DNA of 53,798 nt from a virus (Duplodnaviria > Caudoviricetes). Numbering within the stretch: the stretch's first letter is position 1; each line of letters opens with the position of its first letter. Location of the stretch: the IMG/VR virus record IMGVR_UViG_3300031576_001304, positions 1-53,798 of that record. One strand, given 5' to 3'. This document shows positions 26,861 to 36,693 of this stretch, in pieces. The notes beneath the pieces were generated by a model. It did no database searches. It saw only the letters and a program-made list of their open reading frames with translations, and had not been told where the DNA came from. Both the position numbers and the translations under genes were made by a program.

Positions 26861-27132
26861 GCGTGCTTGCGAAATATTCCAAAGATCCGGACAGCACGCT
26901 CGATTTCTCGATTGACTGGGCTGATTGGATCGGGACAGACACGATCTCGCTCAGCAAGTGGATCATTCCTGGCGACCTGACCATCACCAATCAGTCCAAC
27001 AGTTCGACCAAGGCCACGGTTTGGCTCAAAGGCGGCGTTGCCGGCAAGACCTACTACGTGGTGAACCGCATCACGACATCCGGCGGGCGCGTCGACGACC
27101 GGACTCTCGAAATCCGCGCGGAGCACAAATGA
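26857..27132 (+). CDS. Phage fibre-tail adaptor-like protein
   Basis: KDPDSTLDFSIDW...TVWLKGG...Y.V.NRITTSGGR. Confidence 0.7.
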   Translation: MSVLAKYSKDPDSTLDFSIDWADWIGTDTISLSKWIIPGDLTITNQSNSSTKATVWLKGGVAGKTYYVVNRITTSGGRVDDRTLEIRAEHK

Positions 27133-28058
27133 GCCTTTTCACGGATAACGACGTGGTAACTCGCGCCTCCCTGGTCACCATTGACCCAGAACTGCCTGAC
27201 GTGTCGACCGCCGAGGACATCTCGATTGAGGGCGGCGCAATCAGTACAGCCTGGAACGAGGCCGCCAGCGCATTGTCTGCCGCTGTCCAGCGGTTCGGCG
27301 AACCAGCAGTGCCCGTGTACCCATACGCCTCGTTCGGCGTCAACCAGCCGCGCGTTCGGTTGTCGCAGCTCGTCACCACATCGTTCAATCGGGGGCGCGT
27401 GACTCCGCTGGTCTCGTGGATGCAGGCCGTCGCAATCGAGGCGTTCTATGCCGCGGCGGTGAACCGACGTGTGTCAGATCGGTACAGCGGAAAACTGTCG
27501 CATTTTTCCGTCCTTCGAAAACGTCGATGGCTGGACCTGTGGGCCGCCGGCCTGCCCGTGGTCGAGCGTCCGCTGCCGTGCCCCGGCGCAATTCACGAGC
27601 CGCTGCTCGGGACATTCTCGGCGTCCAACGTCTCTGACGTTTCCGGCGGCGCAACGGCCGAGACCGCCTACGACGTTGCGATTACCTGGGTGGACGGGTC
27701 AAAGTACGCCTCGGCGACATCAAAGGGAAACGCGGAGTCGGGGCCGGGTGCTGTTGTCAACTTCACGGTCCCATTAAACAGGCTTCTAAGTGTCAGCATC
27801 GCCGGATTGACCGCGCCGGATGGGACCCTGAAGGGCGGCACGGCAGAGGGGACATACTCGCCACTCAAAGCAACGGCATGGAACGTCTACGTGGGCACGC
27901 CAGGCGGCGTGCTCTACCTCCAGAACTCCTCGCCGGTGGCGGTCGCCACGACCAGCTACACGTTGACTGGGGCCCCGACTCTCAGCGGTGCCGCTCTTGA
28001 GCCGGGCCAGTATCCGGACAGCAACATCGCCCTCCAGGTCCACCTGAACCGTGCCTGA
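27129..28058 (+). CDS. Head-tail connector/neck-like protein with beta-rich C-terminus
   Basis: ATGA start at 27129 (MSLFTD); position. Confidence 0.6.
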   Translation: MSLFTDNDVVTRASLVTIDPELPDVSTAEDISIEGGAISTAWNEAASALSAAVQRFGEPAVPVYPYASFGVNQPRVRLSQLVTTSFNRGRVTPLVSWMQAVAIEAFYAAAVNRRVSDRYSGKLSHFSVLRKRRWLDLWAAGLPVVERPLPCPGAIHEPLLGTFSASNVSDVSGGATAETAYDVAITWVDGSKYASATSKGNAESGPGAVVNFTVPLNRLLSVSIAGLTAPDGTLKGGTAEGTYSPLKATAWNVYVGTPGGVLYLQNSSPVAVATTSYTLTGAPTLSGAALEPGQYPDSNIALQVHLNRA

Positions 28059-28890
28059 TGAGCGCCGTGTAATCACAGAACAGATCGCGCGTATCGTTAA
28101 CCTGACGGGCAAGTTCGAGCGGCAGGTTGAGGGGATACTCGCCTCCGCTCAGGCGCGCGTGGTAGGCCAACTACAGCGGCGACTGGTCATCGAGGACGGG
28201 CAGATCCAGCGCACGCCTGGCAACCAGCAGGTACTACGCCGGATCGACCGGATGTTCAGCGACTCCATGGAGCGGGCCGGCTACGGCCGGTTGACTGAAG
28301 AGTTCGTCCAGACGTTCGATGGGGCGCTACCGCAGTTCCAGGAGATGCTGGAGGCGATCAGCGTCCGGCTGAAGACGCCGCTTCAGGTTCAGTTCGCCCC
28401 TCGGGACATTGACCTGTTCACGACACAGAAGATCAGCGCAGCTTCGCAGCTCGAAACCGTGGTAGACGGCATAGCGGCGGCAGCCAAGAGAAGGGCGCTG
28501 TTCTCTGTCGGGGCGCTGGAGTTCGGCGACATGGTAGAGCAAATAGCGACGGCCTTCGGCCGAACTGTTTCCGAGGCGTCCGGCCTGGCGGCGACCTCTC
28601 AGTCGATGTTCTTTCGGACCGTGGCCGACAGGGGCTACCAACAGATCGAAAAGGGCCTGAAGCCCGGCTCGGTGAAGTACAGCTACGAGGGGCCGCGCGA
28701 CAAGCTGACGCGTCCATTCTGCCGGCGGTTGCTTGAACGCACCAGCAAAGAGCCGATGACCCGCTCTCAGATCGACGCACTGGACAACGGCAGCCTGCCC
28801 AATGCGTTCATCACCGGTGGCGGGTGGAGCTGCCGCCACCAGTGGGTCGTTGCGGAGATGACGCAGGCGGGACAGGGATTGGCAACTTAA
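28051..28890 (+). CDS. Minor head / head morphogenesis protein (Mu gpF/SPP1 gp7-like)
   Basis: GPRDKLTRPFC...GGWSCRHQW. Confidence 0.75.
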   Translation: MPDERRVITEQIARIVNLTGKFERQVEGILASAQARVVGQLQRRLVIEDGQIQRTPGNQQVLRRIDRMFSDSMERAGYGRLTEEFVQTFDGALPQFQEMLEAISVRLKTPLQVQFAPRDIDLFTTQKISAASQLETVVDGIAAAAKRRALFSVGALEFGDMVEQIATAFGRTVSEASGLAATSQSMFFRTVADRGYQQIEKGLKPGSVKYSYEGPRDKLTRPFCRRLLERTSKEPMTRSQIDALDNGSLPNAFITGGGWSCRHQWVVAEMTQAGQGLAT

Positions 28891-28978
28891 TCGAATCGGC
28901 CTGCCCTGGAGGAAATGAACCGCCGCTGTTCGTGCTGCACGAGCGCCGGGTAACCGGCGAAAAGGAGGGTTTCCTAAA

Positions 28979-29188
28979 ATGACCGACCTAAAGCTCACTC
29001 TCGGGGCGAAACTGCCAGGCGAAGACCTGGTTGTCGCGGTTCTCGGATTCGTTGCCCGCTTTCGGGAAACGATGGATCCGGACGTCCGCACCGAATGGGA
29101 CCGGATTGCGTTGGCCGACTACAAGGCATGGCGCAAGCTCTGGGTGAACGCCGGGCTGCTTCCCGATGTGGACGTTCCGGACAAGTAA
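28979..29188 (+). CDS. Hypothetical protein
   Basis: RBS AAAAGGAGG. Confidence 0.6.
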   Translation: MTDLKLTLGAKLPGEDLVVAVLGFVARFRETMDPDVRTEWDRIALADYKAWRKLWVNAGLLPDVDVPDK

Positions 29189-29621
29189 GGGCGGCGACCC
29201 GGCGGCGAACATTATCCGCCTGCGTGCTTCTGTCGAGCCGACACGCGAGGACAAACTTTACGCCGGCGAGCGCCAGAAGGCTCGAATCCTCGGGCGGACA
29301 TCCATGGGAGTAGACGTGGACGGGAATGCGTTTGCTCCCTACTCCAAGAAGTACGCCGCGAAGAAGCGCGCTCTCGGCCGGCCTGGTGTTGTGGATCTCA
29401 GGGGGCGGAACGCTCCGCACCTGCTTCAGTCCATCGTGGCAAAAGCCCGTAGTGATGATCTCGTTCTTGGGGTCTATGGCGACAAGGCGCGCATCGGACA
29501 GATCCACAACGAGGGCGCCGGCCGGCTCCCGAAGAGGCGATGGTTCGCGGCTTCGCGGAGCGACTTGTCTGCAATGATCCGTGACGTTGGTGCTCGAATC
29601 AAAGCGAGGTTGAAGACTTGA
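29166..29621 (+). CDS. Virion morphogenesis / tail completion protein (Mu gpG-like)
   Basis: G.DVDG..FAPYS..Y...K, IHNEGAGRLPKRRWF. Confidence 0.75.
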   Translation: MWTFRTSKGGDPAANIIRLRASVEPTREDKLYAGERQKARILGRTSMGVDVDGNAFAPYSKKYAAKKRALGRPGVVDLRGRNAPHLLQSIVAKARSDDLVLGVYGDKARIGQIHNEGAGRLPKRRWFAASRSDLSAMIRDVGARIKARLKT

Positions 29622-30151
29622 GCCAGATATCCAAGAAAGTCCGCGACGCAGTGCGCTCTCGGCTGTCGGATTCTACTAACGGGTTCAACGCGAAGCTCTC
29701 TGCCGTAGCAAGCCAATACGGACTCACGCCGTTCACTGTTGACTGGACGACCAGCAGCAAGCAGCTTTTCGAGGCCCGCGCGCACCCGTCCGATCTGGAG
29801 AAGTCCACTCCTTCGAAGTACCCGCTGGTGACGCTGTACGTCTTGCGCGCGCGGAACACCCGCGAGAACAAGCCGCAACTTTTCAGCGGGTTTATCGACG
29901 TGGTGCTCGACTTCCACGTCACCGCCAGAGGCGTCGTGGCGTCAGCGTTGAAAACGCTCCAGGACACCGCCGACGCAATCGAGGACGCGGTGTTCGCGTC
30001 ACTGGATCCGTTCAGCTGGACCGGGGCCTACACTCCGCCCGTGGCGCTGGTCGGCGGCCCGGACCTGGAGCGCGAGCCGGTCGAGATGGACGGCGAGAAC
30101 TGGCGCCAGACGTTGAGTTTTATGTTGACCTTCCAGGTCGATACGAACTGA
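29618..30151 (+). CDS. Tail terminator-like protein
   Basis: Size; YPLVTLY motif; position before the tail tube gene. Confidence 0.55.
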   Translation: MSQISKKVRDAVRSRLSDSTNGFNAKLSAVASQYGLTPFTVDWTTSSKQLFEARAHPSDLEKSTPSKYPLVTLYVLRARNTRENKPQLFSGFIDVVLDFHVTARGVVASALKTLQDTADAIEDAVFASLDPFSWTGAYTPPVALVGGPDLEREPVEMDGENWRQTLSFMLTFQVDTN

Positions 30152-30153
30152 GG

Positions 30154-30453
30154 GTGTCCCCAATGGAATCTGCTGTTTATCGTTTTGTGGGTGTGTCAAG
30201 CGAGGTCGGCGCTCATCGTCTTGACCGCTTCGGCCAGCGCGTGACACTATCTGCGTCCGAAGCCGATAACGCCATCGCCGGCGGCGCGGCGCTGATCCCA
30301 GAGGGCGATTTCGAAGAGATCGGGCTCACCGATCAAGAGATCGACCTGTACGCCTATGTGGGCCAGCAGATGACGGCGCCGGAGGTCTTTCGGCGGAAGC
30401 TGGAGGCGGCCCGCGACGCCTTCCGACAGGCGCACTACGCGGGGAAGGAGTGA
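30154..30453 (+). CDS. Hypothetical protein
   Basis: ORF between the neck and tube genes. Confidence 0.6.
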   Translation: MSPMESAVYRFVGVSSEVGAHRLDRFGQRVTLSASEADNAIAGGAALIPEGDFEEIGLTDQEIDLYAYVGQQMTAPEVFRRKLEAARDAFRQAHYAGKE

Positions 30454-30456
30454 CGC

Positions 30457-31692
30457 ATGGCTTTCTCTCTCTCGCGCAATGAGCGCATCTTTCTTCAGAT
30501 CCAGAGCGCCTTCGGAACAATCCCGAACACGAGCGGGACCGCGACTGTGGCGGGGGCGAACGCCTGCCGCTTCATTAAGGCCGGGCTGAACCCGGCCGTG
30601 GTGTTGTTGACTCGTCCCGACAAGACCGGCGTTCGGACGCCAACCCAGGGCATCGCCGGACGCAAAAACGGGTCATGGGCGGTCGAGATGTCCCTGGCAG
30701 CCAACGGCGCTGCCGGCGTGAAACCAGACTGCGACCCGATCCTTCAGGCGCTCATCGGCCAAGCGGCAACTATCGGATCGGGGACAATCCCGGCGATTAC
30801 GGGCGCGTCAAACGCGACGCCGATTGTCGTCACGTCGACCGCGCACGGCCTGGCGAACGGCGACCTCATCACCATCACTGGCGTCGTAGGAAACACCGCG
30901 GCGAACGGTGTTTGGGTGGTCGCAAACGTCGCGGCCAACACGTTCGAGTTGGTGGGCTCGGTCGGGAACGGCGCGTACACGTCTGGCGGCACGGGTTCTA
31001 AGGTCAATGTCAAGTACGCCATCAGTGACGCCATTCTGAGCTTCTGCCTGTGGGCCTTCCGCACGCCAGCGGCACTACAGCAGCGCGTCGGCTTCGGCTG
31101 CGTCGCTCAAGAGGCGACCTTCAATCTCGGCCAGGATGTCGCAACGTGGACAGCAAACGGTGAGGGCCTGTGGGTGCTCGACTCCGACAACTTCTCCTCG
31201 GCCGATTCCACGCAGAAGGGTGGGCTGACGACGTTCCCGGTCGAGCCGGCGTCCCCGGTGACCAACGGCGGCATCATCGCAGGCTTCACCGGTCGAGCCG
31301 TTCTCGACGGCAAGACGCTGGCGAACATCAAGAACGCAACGTTGCGCATCCAGACCGGCAACGTGACCGTGAAGGACAGCTTCGGCAGCTACTACCCGGA
31401 CTCGGCCGAGGGCGACGAGCGCAACGTCACGGTCGATTTCACGGTGGACGATCAGGACGACACGGCAACGAAGAACCTCTACACAAAGGCGCTGGACAAA
31501 ACCGCTATCGAGATTATCCTCAACATCGGAACCGTTGTGGGAAGCGTGTTCGTGTTCTACCTGAAGGGCGTCCAGCTCCCCGTGGGCACTCTCGACGACG
31601 GACAACGCCGCTTCCAGCGGTCGTATTCAGGCGCGAAGGCGCACGGTTCCTCACTTACATCGCTTGACGAAGTCGCCCTCTGGGTGGCCTAA
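30457..31692 (+). CDS. Major tail tube protein with inserted FCCH-like module
   Basis: Beta-rich; precedes the chaperone and tape measure genes; module at about aa 110-180. Confidence 0.75.
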   Translation: MAFSLSRNERIFLQIQSAFGTIPNTSGTATVAGANACRFIKAGLNPAVVLLTRPDKTGVRTPTQGIAGRKNGSWAVEMSLAANGAAGVKPDCDPILQALIGQAATIGSGTIPAITGASNATPIVVTSTAHGLANGDLITITGVVGNTAANGVWVVANVAANTFELVGSVGNGAYTSGGTGSKVNVKYAISDAILSFCLWAFRTPAALQQRVGFGCVAQEATFNLGQDVATWTANGEGLWVLDSDNFSSADSTQKGGLTTFPVEPASPVTNGGIIAGFTGRAVLDGKTLANIKNATLRIQTGNVTVKDSFGSYYPDSAEGDERNVTVDFTVDDQDDTATKNLYTKALDKTAIEIILNIGTVVGSVFVFYLKGVQLPVGTLDDGQRRFQRSYSGAKAHGSSLTSLDEVALWVA

Positions 31693-31747
31693 AAACTCTG
31701 CCTCCTGTGCAAATTGGTGGTGGTTTAACCTCCCGCTACCAACCCCT

Positions 31748-31788
31748 CGGGCCGCGCGTTGGCCACACTTCACGCGGCCCGCTTTTTT
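31748..31788 (+). terminator. Intrinsic terminator, copy 1
   Basis: CGGGCCGCG...CGCGGCCCG then CTTTTTT. Confidence 0.7.
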
Positions 31789-31812
31789 CCCAACGAAACA
31801 AAAGGAACCTCC

Positions 31813-31953
31813 ATGAAAACCATGAAACGAATCGTCCTGTTTCTCGTAGTGATTTGCTGTGCCCTGCCGGCCGATCCTCTGGGTGGCCTAAAATTCTGCC
31901 CGAGCTGTGACGTGCCGATCATAATTTGGCCCATACCTCCGTCCTTCGGGTAA
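31813..31953 (+). CDS. 46-aa secreted peptide with CxxC and Pro-rich tail
   Basis: RBS AAAAGGA; signal MKTMKRIVLFLVVICCAL. Confidence 0.55.
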   Translation: MKTMKRIVLFLVVICCALPADPLGGLKFCPSCDVPIIIWPIPPSFG

Positions 31954-31980
31954 GCCTGCCTCCTGTGCAAATTGGTCCTT

Positions 31981-32021
31981 CGGGCCGCGCGTTGGCCACA
32001 CTTCACGCGGCCCGCTTTTTT
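31981..32021 (+). terminator. Intrinsic terminator, copy 2
   Basis: Identical hairpin plus T6. Confidence 0.7.
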
Positions 32022-32045
32022 CCCAACGAAACAAAAGGAACCTCC

Positions 32046-32630
32046 ATGAAAACCATGAAACGAATCGTCCTGTTTCTCGTAGTGATTTGCTGCGCCCTGG
32101 CACAAACCGATCAAGTGTTCGATGTTGCGTATTGGGCGAGCCACCCGCCGGAGGTTCGAGCCCTCAAGGACTCGGGCAGCGAGGCAGCCTGTCAGGATCT
32201 CGCAGTGCGCGGCTTCACCGTTGACGTACCAATCATGTGTTGGGGCTGGTCGCCGTATCTCGTCATGAAGATGCGCGATCTCTACGGCTACACATGGGTT
32301 CCGAGCGCACTTCAGCCGAACATCAAGATAGCACCTGGCCTGTCTATGCCTGGCGTCGAGCCTTATGACCCGCGCAACCCACCGCCAGGCTCGATCAAAG
32401 TCTCAACGCGCACCGAGGACTACCCGCCGTTTGATCCTCCCAAGCCGCCGGCCACGCCGATCGCTTCTGCGCCAGTGGGAGCGCATTCTTTCGGCAGCAT
32501 CTACCTGGCGAACCGAGGCGACGACCTGCCGGACGGCTCCACGTGGAAGGACGAGCGCGGCGAGTTTCGTAAGCGGATAATTCAGACTCCGTTCGGTCGC
32601 AGCCAGTACTGGGAGAAGGTGCAGAACTGA
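32046..32630 (+). CDS. Secreted Pro-rich hypothetical protein (moron-like)
   Basis: Signal peptide ending ...CCALA-Q. Confidence 0.7.
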   Translation: MKTMKRIVLFLVVICCALAQTDQVFDVAYWASHPPEVRALKDSGSEAACQDLAVRGFTVDVPIMCWGWSPYLVMKMRDLYGYTWVPSALQPNIKIAPGLSMPGVEPYDPRNPPPGSIKVSTRTEDYPPFDPPKPPATPIASAPVGAHSFGSIYLANRGDDLPDGSTWKDERGEFRKRIIQTPFGRSQYWEKVQN

Positions 32631-32670
32631 TGCTTCTTTGGGCCGTGATTCTCAACCCGCGGAGGCCGCT

Positions 32671-33201
32671 ATGAAGTTTTTCTCACGTGTTCGGATCAAT
32701 TCCGCCCTGCCCGGCTTCGAAGACGTGTTTTTCACGTTGAACAAGATGACAGAGGGGCGCCGGATTAACCTGCGCCTATCTGTGGCCGATGGCACGGCAG
32801 GAGTTCGGCAAATCCTTGCCGAGAAGCAGGCGCTCAACACAGAGTCGGACGTAGCCAAGATCGCCGACCTTCTGGATCGCCTGACGCGGATCATCGAAGA
32901 CGAGATCAACCCTGCGTGGGTGCGGTGGGGCCTTCATGCCGTTGATGGCCTGGAGATCGACGGCGAGCCGGCCACGGTTGAGTCGCTGATCCAGACCGGG
33001 CCGCCGGAACTCTACGCCGAGATCCTGACAGCGATCCGACACGCGGCCGGCCTGTCGGAGGACGACCAGGGAAACTCCGCATCGCCTACCACTTCTGGCG
33101 CACGGGTGGATGGGCGAACGAGCGCTACCAGTGCACCACCTGCCGACGCTCCGGGTTCTACCTTGCCAGAAACTGCCGCAAGTACTACCCAGAACTCGTA
33201 G
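32671..33201 (+). CDS. Tail assembly chaperone (gpG-like)
   Basis: RBS GGAGG; lies between the tube and tape measure genes; contains a slippery site. Confidence 0.8.
   Translation: MKFFSRVRINSALPGFEDVFFTLNKMTEGRRINLRLSVADGTAGVRQILAEKQALNTESDVAKIADLLDRLTRIIEDEINPAWVRWGLHAVDGLEIDGEPATVESLIQTGPPELYAEILTAIRHAAGLSEDDQGNSASPTTSGARVDGRTSATSAPPADAPGSTLPETAASTTQNS
33069..33075 (+). other. -1 programmed ribosomal frameshift site G GGA AAC
   Basis: X XXY YYZ heptamer in the correct frame; the -1 frame is open to 33509. Confidence 0.85.
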
Positions 33202-33509
33202 ACGAGCGGCGCAAAATCTGCTGGAGCGCCGAGTACCGGACACACAAGGGTACGGTCTACAGCGTCGAGTCGGTTTCTTCGTCCGAGTGTCCGGTGTCGC
33301 TCATCACGCCGCGATCAATCGAGATCGTGCACGTCTTTTCTCGCGCGCGGCGCGCGCATGAAGCCTCGGGCGCGGCGCTGTTCGGTCCTGACCTGAGCCG
33401 GTGGCCGGGGTGGGCCGCTGACGCCGCGGTCGTGATCGAAGAGGAGAGGATCCGAGAGCATAATGCCAGAGTCGAAGCCGAGCTTGCCGAACTCGACGCC
33501 GCAAGATAA
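33069..33509 (+). CDS. Frameshifted C-terminal part of tail chaperone gpGT
   Basis: Open -1 frame KLRIAYHFW...CTTC...C...CPVSLI...DAAR. Confidence 0.75.
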   Translation, partial: GKLRIAYHFWRTGGWANERYQCTTCRRSGFYLARNCRKYYPELVDERRKICWSAEYRTHKGTVYSVESVSSSECPVSLITPRSIEIVHVFSRARRAHEASGAALFGPDLSRWPGWAADAAVVIEEERIREHNARVEAELAELDAAR

Positions 33510-33536
33510 ATCTGCCGGCTGCACCAGTGAATACTA

Positions 33537-36500
33537 ATGCCAGGTAACTCATACGAGCTCGTCTTCAAGATCCAGACCACGGGCCAGAAAGAACTGGACC
33601 GCGTGGCGGGTGCGGTTTCACGCATCGGCTCCGAGGTCAAAAGTCAACTGCCTGGAGTCACTGGGCTGGAGGCGCAGTTCCGTAAAGTCTCCAGCGAGGC
33701 CAACAACACCAGCGCTGCCCTGTCGGGCGTCGGTGCGTCTGTGCGTAGATCGCTACAAGACCCGATTGGTGCGGCAACGGCATCCATCGAGGGCTTGCTG
33801 GCTGGCTTCGGTAAGGTCGGGATTGTTGGTGCCGCGCTCGGCATCGGTCTTGGCTTCATCGGAAAGAAGGCATTCGATCTCGTATCTGCGTTTGGGACAG
33901 CGGCAGAAGAGGCGGTCAACCTTGCCGACCGACTCGGTATTTCAGTCCGAGAGGCCGAGCAGCTTCATGCAGCCGCCCACATCGCCAACGTCAATATCGG
34001 TGTCCTGGAAAGCTCTACCAGGCTTCTCGCCGAGGCGCTGTCGGATACCGCTGGCGGTGGAGAGAAGACCAGCCGCGCACTTGAGCGGCTCGGTATCAGC
34101 ACGACGACCGCGACCGGAGGGCAGCGCGAGATGGGCGCCGTTCTGCTGGAGGCGCTGTCTCGGTTGTCGCAGGTTGAGAACACCGCTGATCGCGTGCGCT
34201 TGGCGAACGAGTCCCTGGGGCGGGCAGCGAAAGAACTCCTGCCACTCATCAAAAACTACAAGGAACTCCGTGCGGCGGTTGCTTCTCTGGGTGTTGGGCT
34301 GGACGAAGACCTGACGCGTAGACTGGCCGGCCTTGACGACCAGATCGACAAACTCGAAATCGCCTGGGGGCAGTTCAAAAAATCGCTGGCCGGAAAGATT
34401 GCGCCTATCGTCCTTCCGGTAGTTGTCAGCATGACCGAGAGCCTGTCCGGGAAAAAGGGCCAGCCAACCAAGGGCCCGCCCCAGGGCCAGCTTAGCTCTG
34501 GTGAGGGGATGGGTCGTGCCGTTAACATCGGCGGCATTCTCCGTGCTCTTGCCGGCCAGCGAGGGGATGGGGGTGGTCGGGGCGCAATCGTATCTGGCGA
34601 TATTGCGGCGCTTCGAGCCTGGGACGCGGCATCCGAGCTTGACACTAGCAGTATTCTGTCCTCCAGTATCAGCGCCGCAACTCGGCCTGCGTTAGACGCG
34701 GCGAACGCTCAGATCCGCGCAGACTTGGACCGCGGCAAGAAATTGGCCGCGGCGTTTAAGCTGGCGCGGGCCTCGACCGATGACGCGCTCAAGAAGCGTC
34801 TTGAGGTCGTCAAGGGCCAACTCGCAGAGCTCGATACTGTCCTCTCTGGGGATCTGGGCGCTTCGGCGTTCGGCAGGAAGAAGGCAGAGTTCGACCAGTT
34901 GACGGTAGAGGCCGCCAAGATCGAGGCCCAAATCAAGGCCGCCTCGGAGCGTCAGTCTCTCATTGCGCGCCTTCCTGACATGGTGAAGCAGTCGCGACAG
35001 GCCGGATTGACTGCCCTGGAGCGCCTGAACGATGAGCACCTGGCGCTCATCGAAAAGCTCGGTCCCGGCTTTGACAAGCGCGTTGCTGACATCTTCCGCA
35101 ACATGCGACAGGTCGAGATCCAGAAGATTATCACGGACGGACGAAAACAACTCGCCAACACGGTAAAGGAGTCCGAGCAGGAGGCAAATAAACTCCTGGA
35201 GTGGAGCGCGAAGCAGTTCAGCGAGCGCCTCGGCAAGGGGGTTGAGGAAGACCTGCGGGCGGTTCAGTCTCTCTCCGCGACACTGGATGTTTTCGCCAAT
35301 GCCGAGCGTGATCGGCTTACGCGGCGTGCGGGTCTGGCTATTCGCGCCGGTGAACTGACGGCGGCTCCCGGTGGAGAACAGGCGGCGGCAGAGCAGGTTT
35401 ACCGCATCCGCCTTCAACTCGCCGAGGATCTGTACCAGGCGGCTAAACGGCAATCCGATCTTGAAGTAGACGCCGCGCAGCGCAACTTGGAATTGACGAC
35501 CGCACGCGCGCAGTACGAGCAAAACATCGACGAGGCACGGATCGACAATGAGCTTAAGCTCCTGGAGATCAGGCGTAAGTATCTCGACGAGTACCGCGAA
35601 ACCGCTGGTCGGGTATTCGACGCGTTGACGGCGCGCGGCGGTGGCGGGTTGCGCGACTTCCTTGGCGGCCAACTGAAGATCCTGGAGCGCCAGATCTTCG
35701 TCAACGCTTCTGCCGGCATCTTCCAAATGGCGGGCGGTGCGCTCGGCAAGATCGGCGCCGCAAGCGGTTTGGGCGGGCTTCTGTCGGGCACAATCTTCGA
35801 CCCGAAGAACGCCGCGCCGGTGGACCGTAACACCGCGTCCCTGAACCGGAACCGCACCAGTCTGGACAAACTGACTGGTGTCATCGCCGGCTTCGGGATT
35901 CCCGGCCAGGCGTTCTCCGGCTCTGGTCCAGGCGGCCTGATCTTCGGTGACCTGCCGCTAAACTCCGGCCTGGCCGGAACAAACAACCGCAGGTTGATGG
36001 GGTTGCTCGGGATTACTCCATCCGGCGGGTCAACGCAGCGTGGCGCGTTCCAGCAATTCCTGGGCGGACTGTCTGCGCCTCTTGGTGGTAACCCTCTCGG
36101 AGCGATCTTCTCGCCAAGCGGAACGTCAGTTCAGACCGGGCCTGGCCGGGCGACCACATACACCGGGGCCGAGCGGGTTGGGGCGGCGGTCGGAACCGGA
36201 GCTACGGTAGCCGCTGGCACCTTAGGCGTGATCGGCGGTATCCGGCAGGGCGGCGCACGTGGAACCACCCAGGCCATCGGGAGCGCCGCGGCTACCGCCG
36301 CTGCTCTTGATCAAGAGCCAGTCAGCAAGGCCGTTCTCACGGCCGTTGCGTTTGGCGCGAGCCTCGTTAGCGCACTGCTCGGCGATCCGAAGCAGGAGCG
36401 CGACGAGGCAATCGCCATGGCGCTCCAGCGCGCCAGATTCCAGGACCCTACCACTATCAACAGGTTCGCTGACCTTTCCGGTGTCGAGCTTGACTACGAT

Positions 36501-36674
36501 TACCGAGGCCGGCTTCGACCGATCGAGCGCCCGTTGGTGGTCAACATCTCGGCGATGGACGCCAAGAGTTTCATGGACCGCAGGGTTGATATTGCCGATG
36601 CCGTCAATGCGGCGGTGCGTGGCGGTGGTCACCCGATGCTGGACACGATGAAGGAAGTTGTCATAGGCGCGTGA
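33537..36674 (+). CDS. Tape measure protein
   Basis: 1045 aa, Ala/Gly/Leu-rich helical protein after the chaperones. Confidence 0.9.
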   Translation: MPGNSYELVFKIQTTGQKELDRVAGAVSRIGSEVKSQLPGVTGLEAQFRKVSSEANNTSAALSGVGASVRRSLQDPIGAATASIEGLLAGFGKVGIVGAALGIGLGFIGKKAFDLVSAFGTAAEEAVNLADRLGISVREAEQLHAAAHIANVNIGVLESSTRLLAEALSDTAGGGEKTSRALERLGISTTTATGGQREMGAVLLEALSRLSQVENTADRVRLANESLGRAAKELLPLIKNYKELRAAVASLGVGLDEDLTRRLAGLDDQIDKLEIAWGQFKKSLAGKIAPIVLPVVVSMTESLSGKKGQPTKGPPQGQLSSGEGMGRAVNIGGILRALAGQRGDGGGRGAIVSGDIAALRAWDAASELDTSSILSSSISAATRPALDAANAQIRADLDRGKKLAAAFKLARASTDDALKKRLEVVKGQLAELDTVLSGDLGASAFGRKKAEFDQLTVEAAKIEAQIKAASERQSLIARLPDMVKQSRQAGLTALERLNDEHLALIEKLGPGFDKRVADIFRNMRQVEIQKIITDGRKQLANTVKESEQEANKLLEWSAKQFSERLGKGVEEDLRAVQSLSATLDVFANAERDRLTRRAGLAIRAGELTAAPGGEQAAAEQVYRIRLQLAEDLYQAAKRQSDLEVDAAQRNLELTTARAQYEQNIDEARIDNELKLLEIRRKYLDEYRETAGRVFDALTARGGGGLRDFLGGQLKILERQIFVNASAGIFQMAGGALGKIGAASGLGGLLSGTIFDPKNAAPVDRNTASLNRNRTSLDKLTGVIAGFGIPGQAFSGSGPGGLIFGDLPLNSGLAGTNNRRLMGLLGITPSGGSTQRGAFQQFLGGLSAPLGGNPLGAIFSPSGTSVQTGPGRATTYTGAERVGAAVGTGATVAAGTLGVIGGIRQGGARGTTQAIGSAAATAAALDQEPVSKAVLTAVAFGASLVSALLGDPKQERDEAIAMALQRARFQDPTTINRFADLSGVELDYDYRGRLRPIERPLVVNISAMDAKSFMDRRVDIADAVNAAVRGGGHPMLDTMKEVVIGA

Positions 36675-36693
36675 CGCCTTAAGGAGCACGGCA

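Larger units (their letters stand above)
31698..32099 (+). repeat. Tandem duplication (233-bp spacing) of a terminator-RBS-signal peptide cassette
   Basis: 31747-31866 and 31980-32099 differ at one base; 21-bp CTGCCTCCTGTGCAAATTGGT at 31698 and 31956. Confidence 0.95.

Noticed and set aside
31698-31790. Riboswitch (for example c-di-GMP) upstream of the terminator
   Set aside because: Only a GCAAA-like fragment is present; the required P2 GNRA/receptor architecture is not seen
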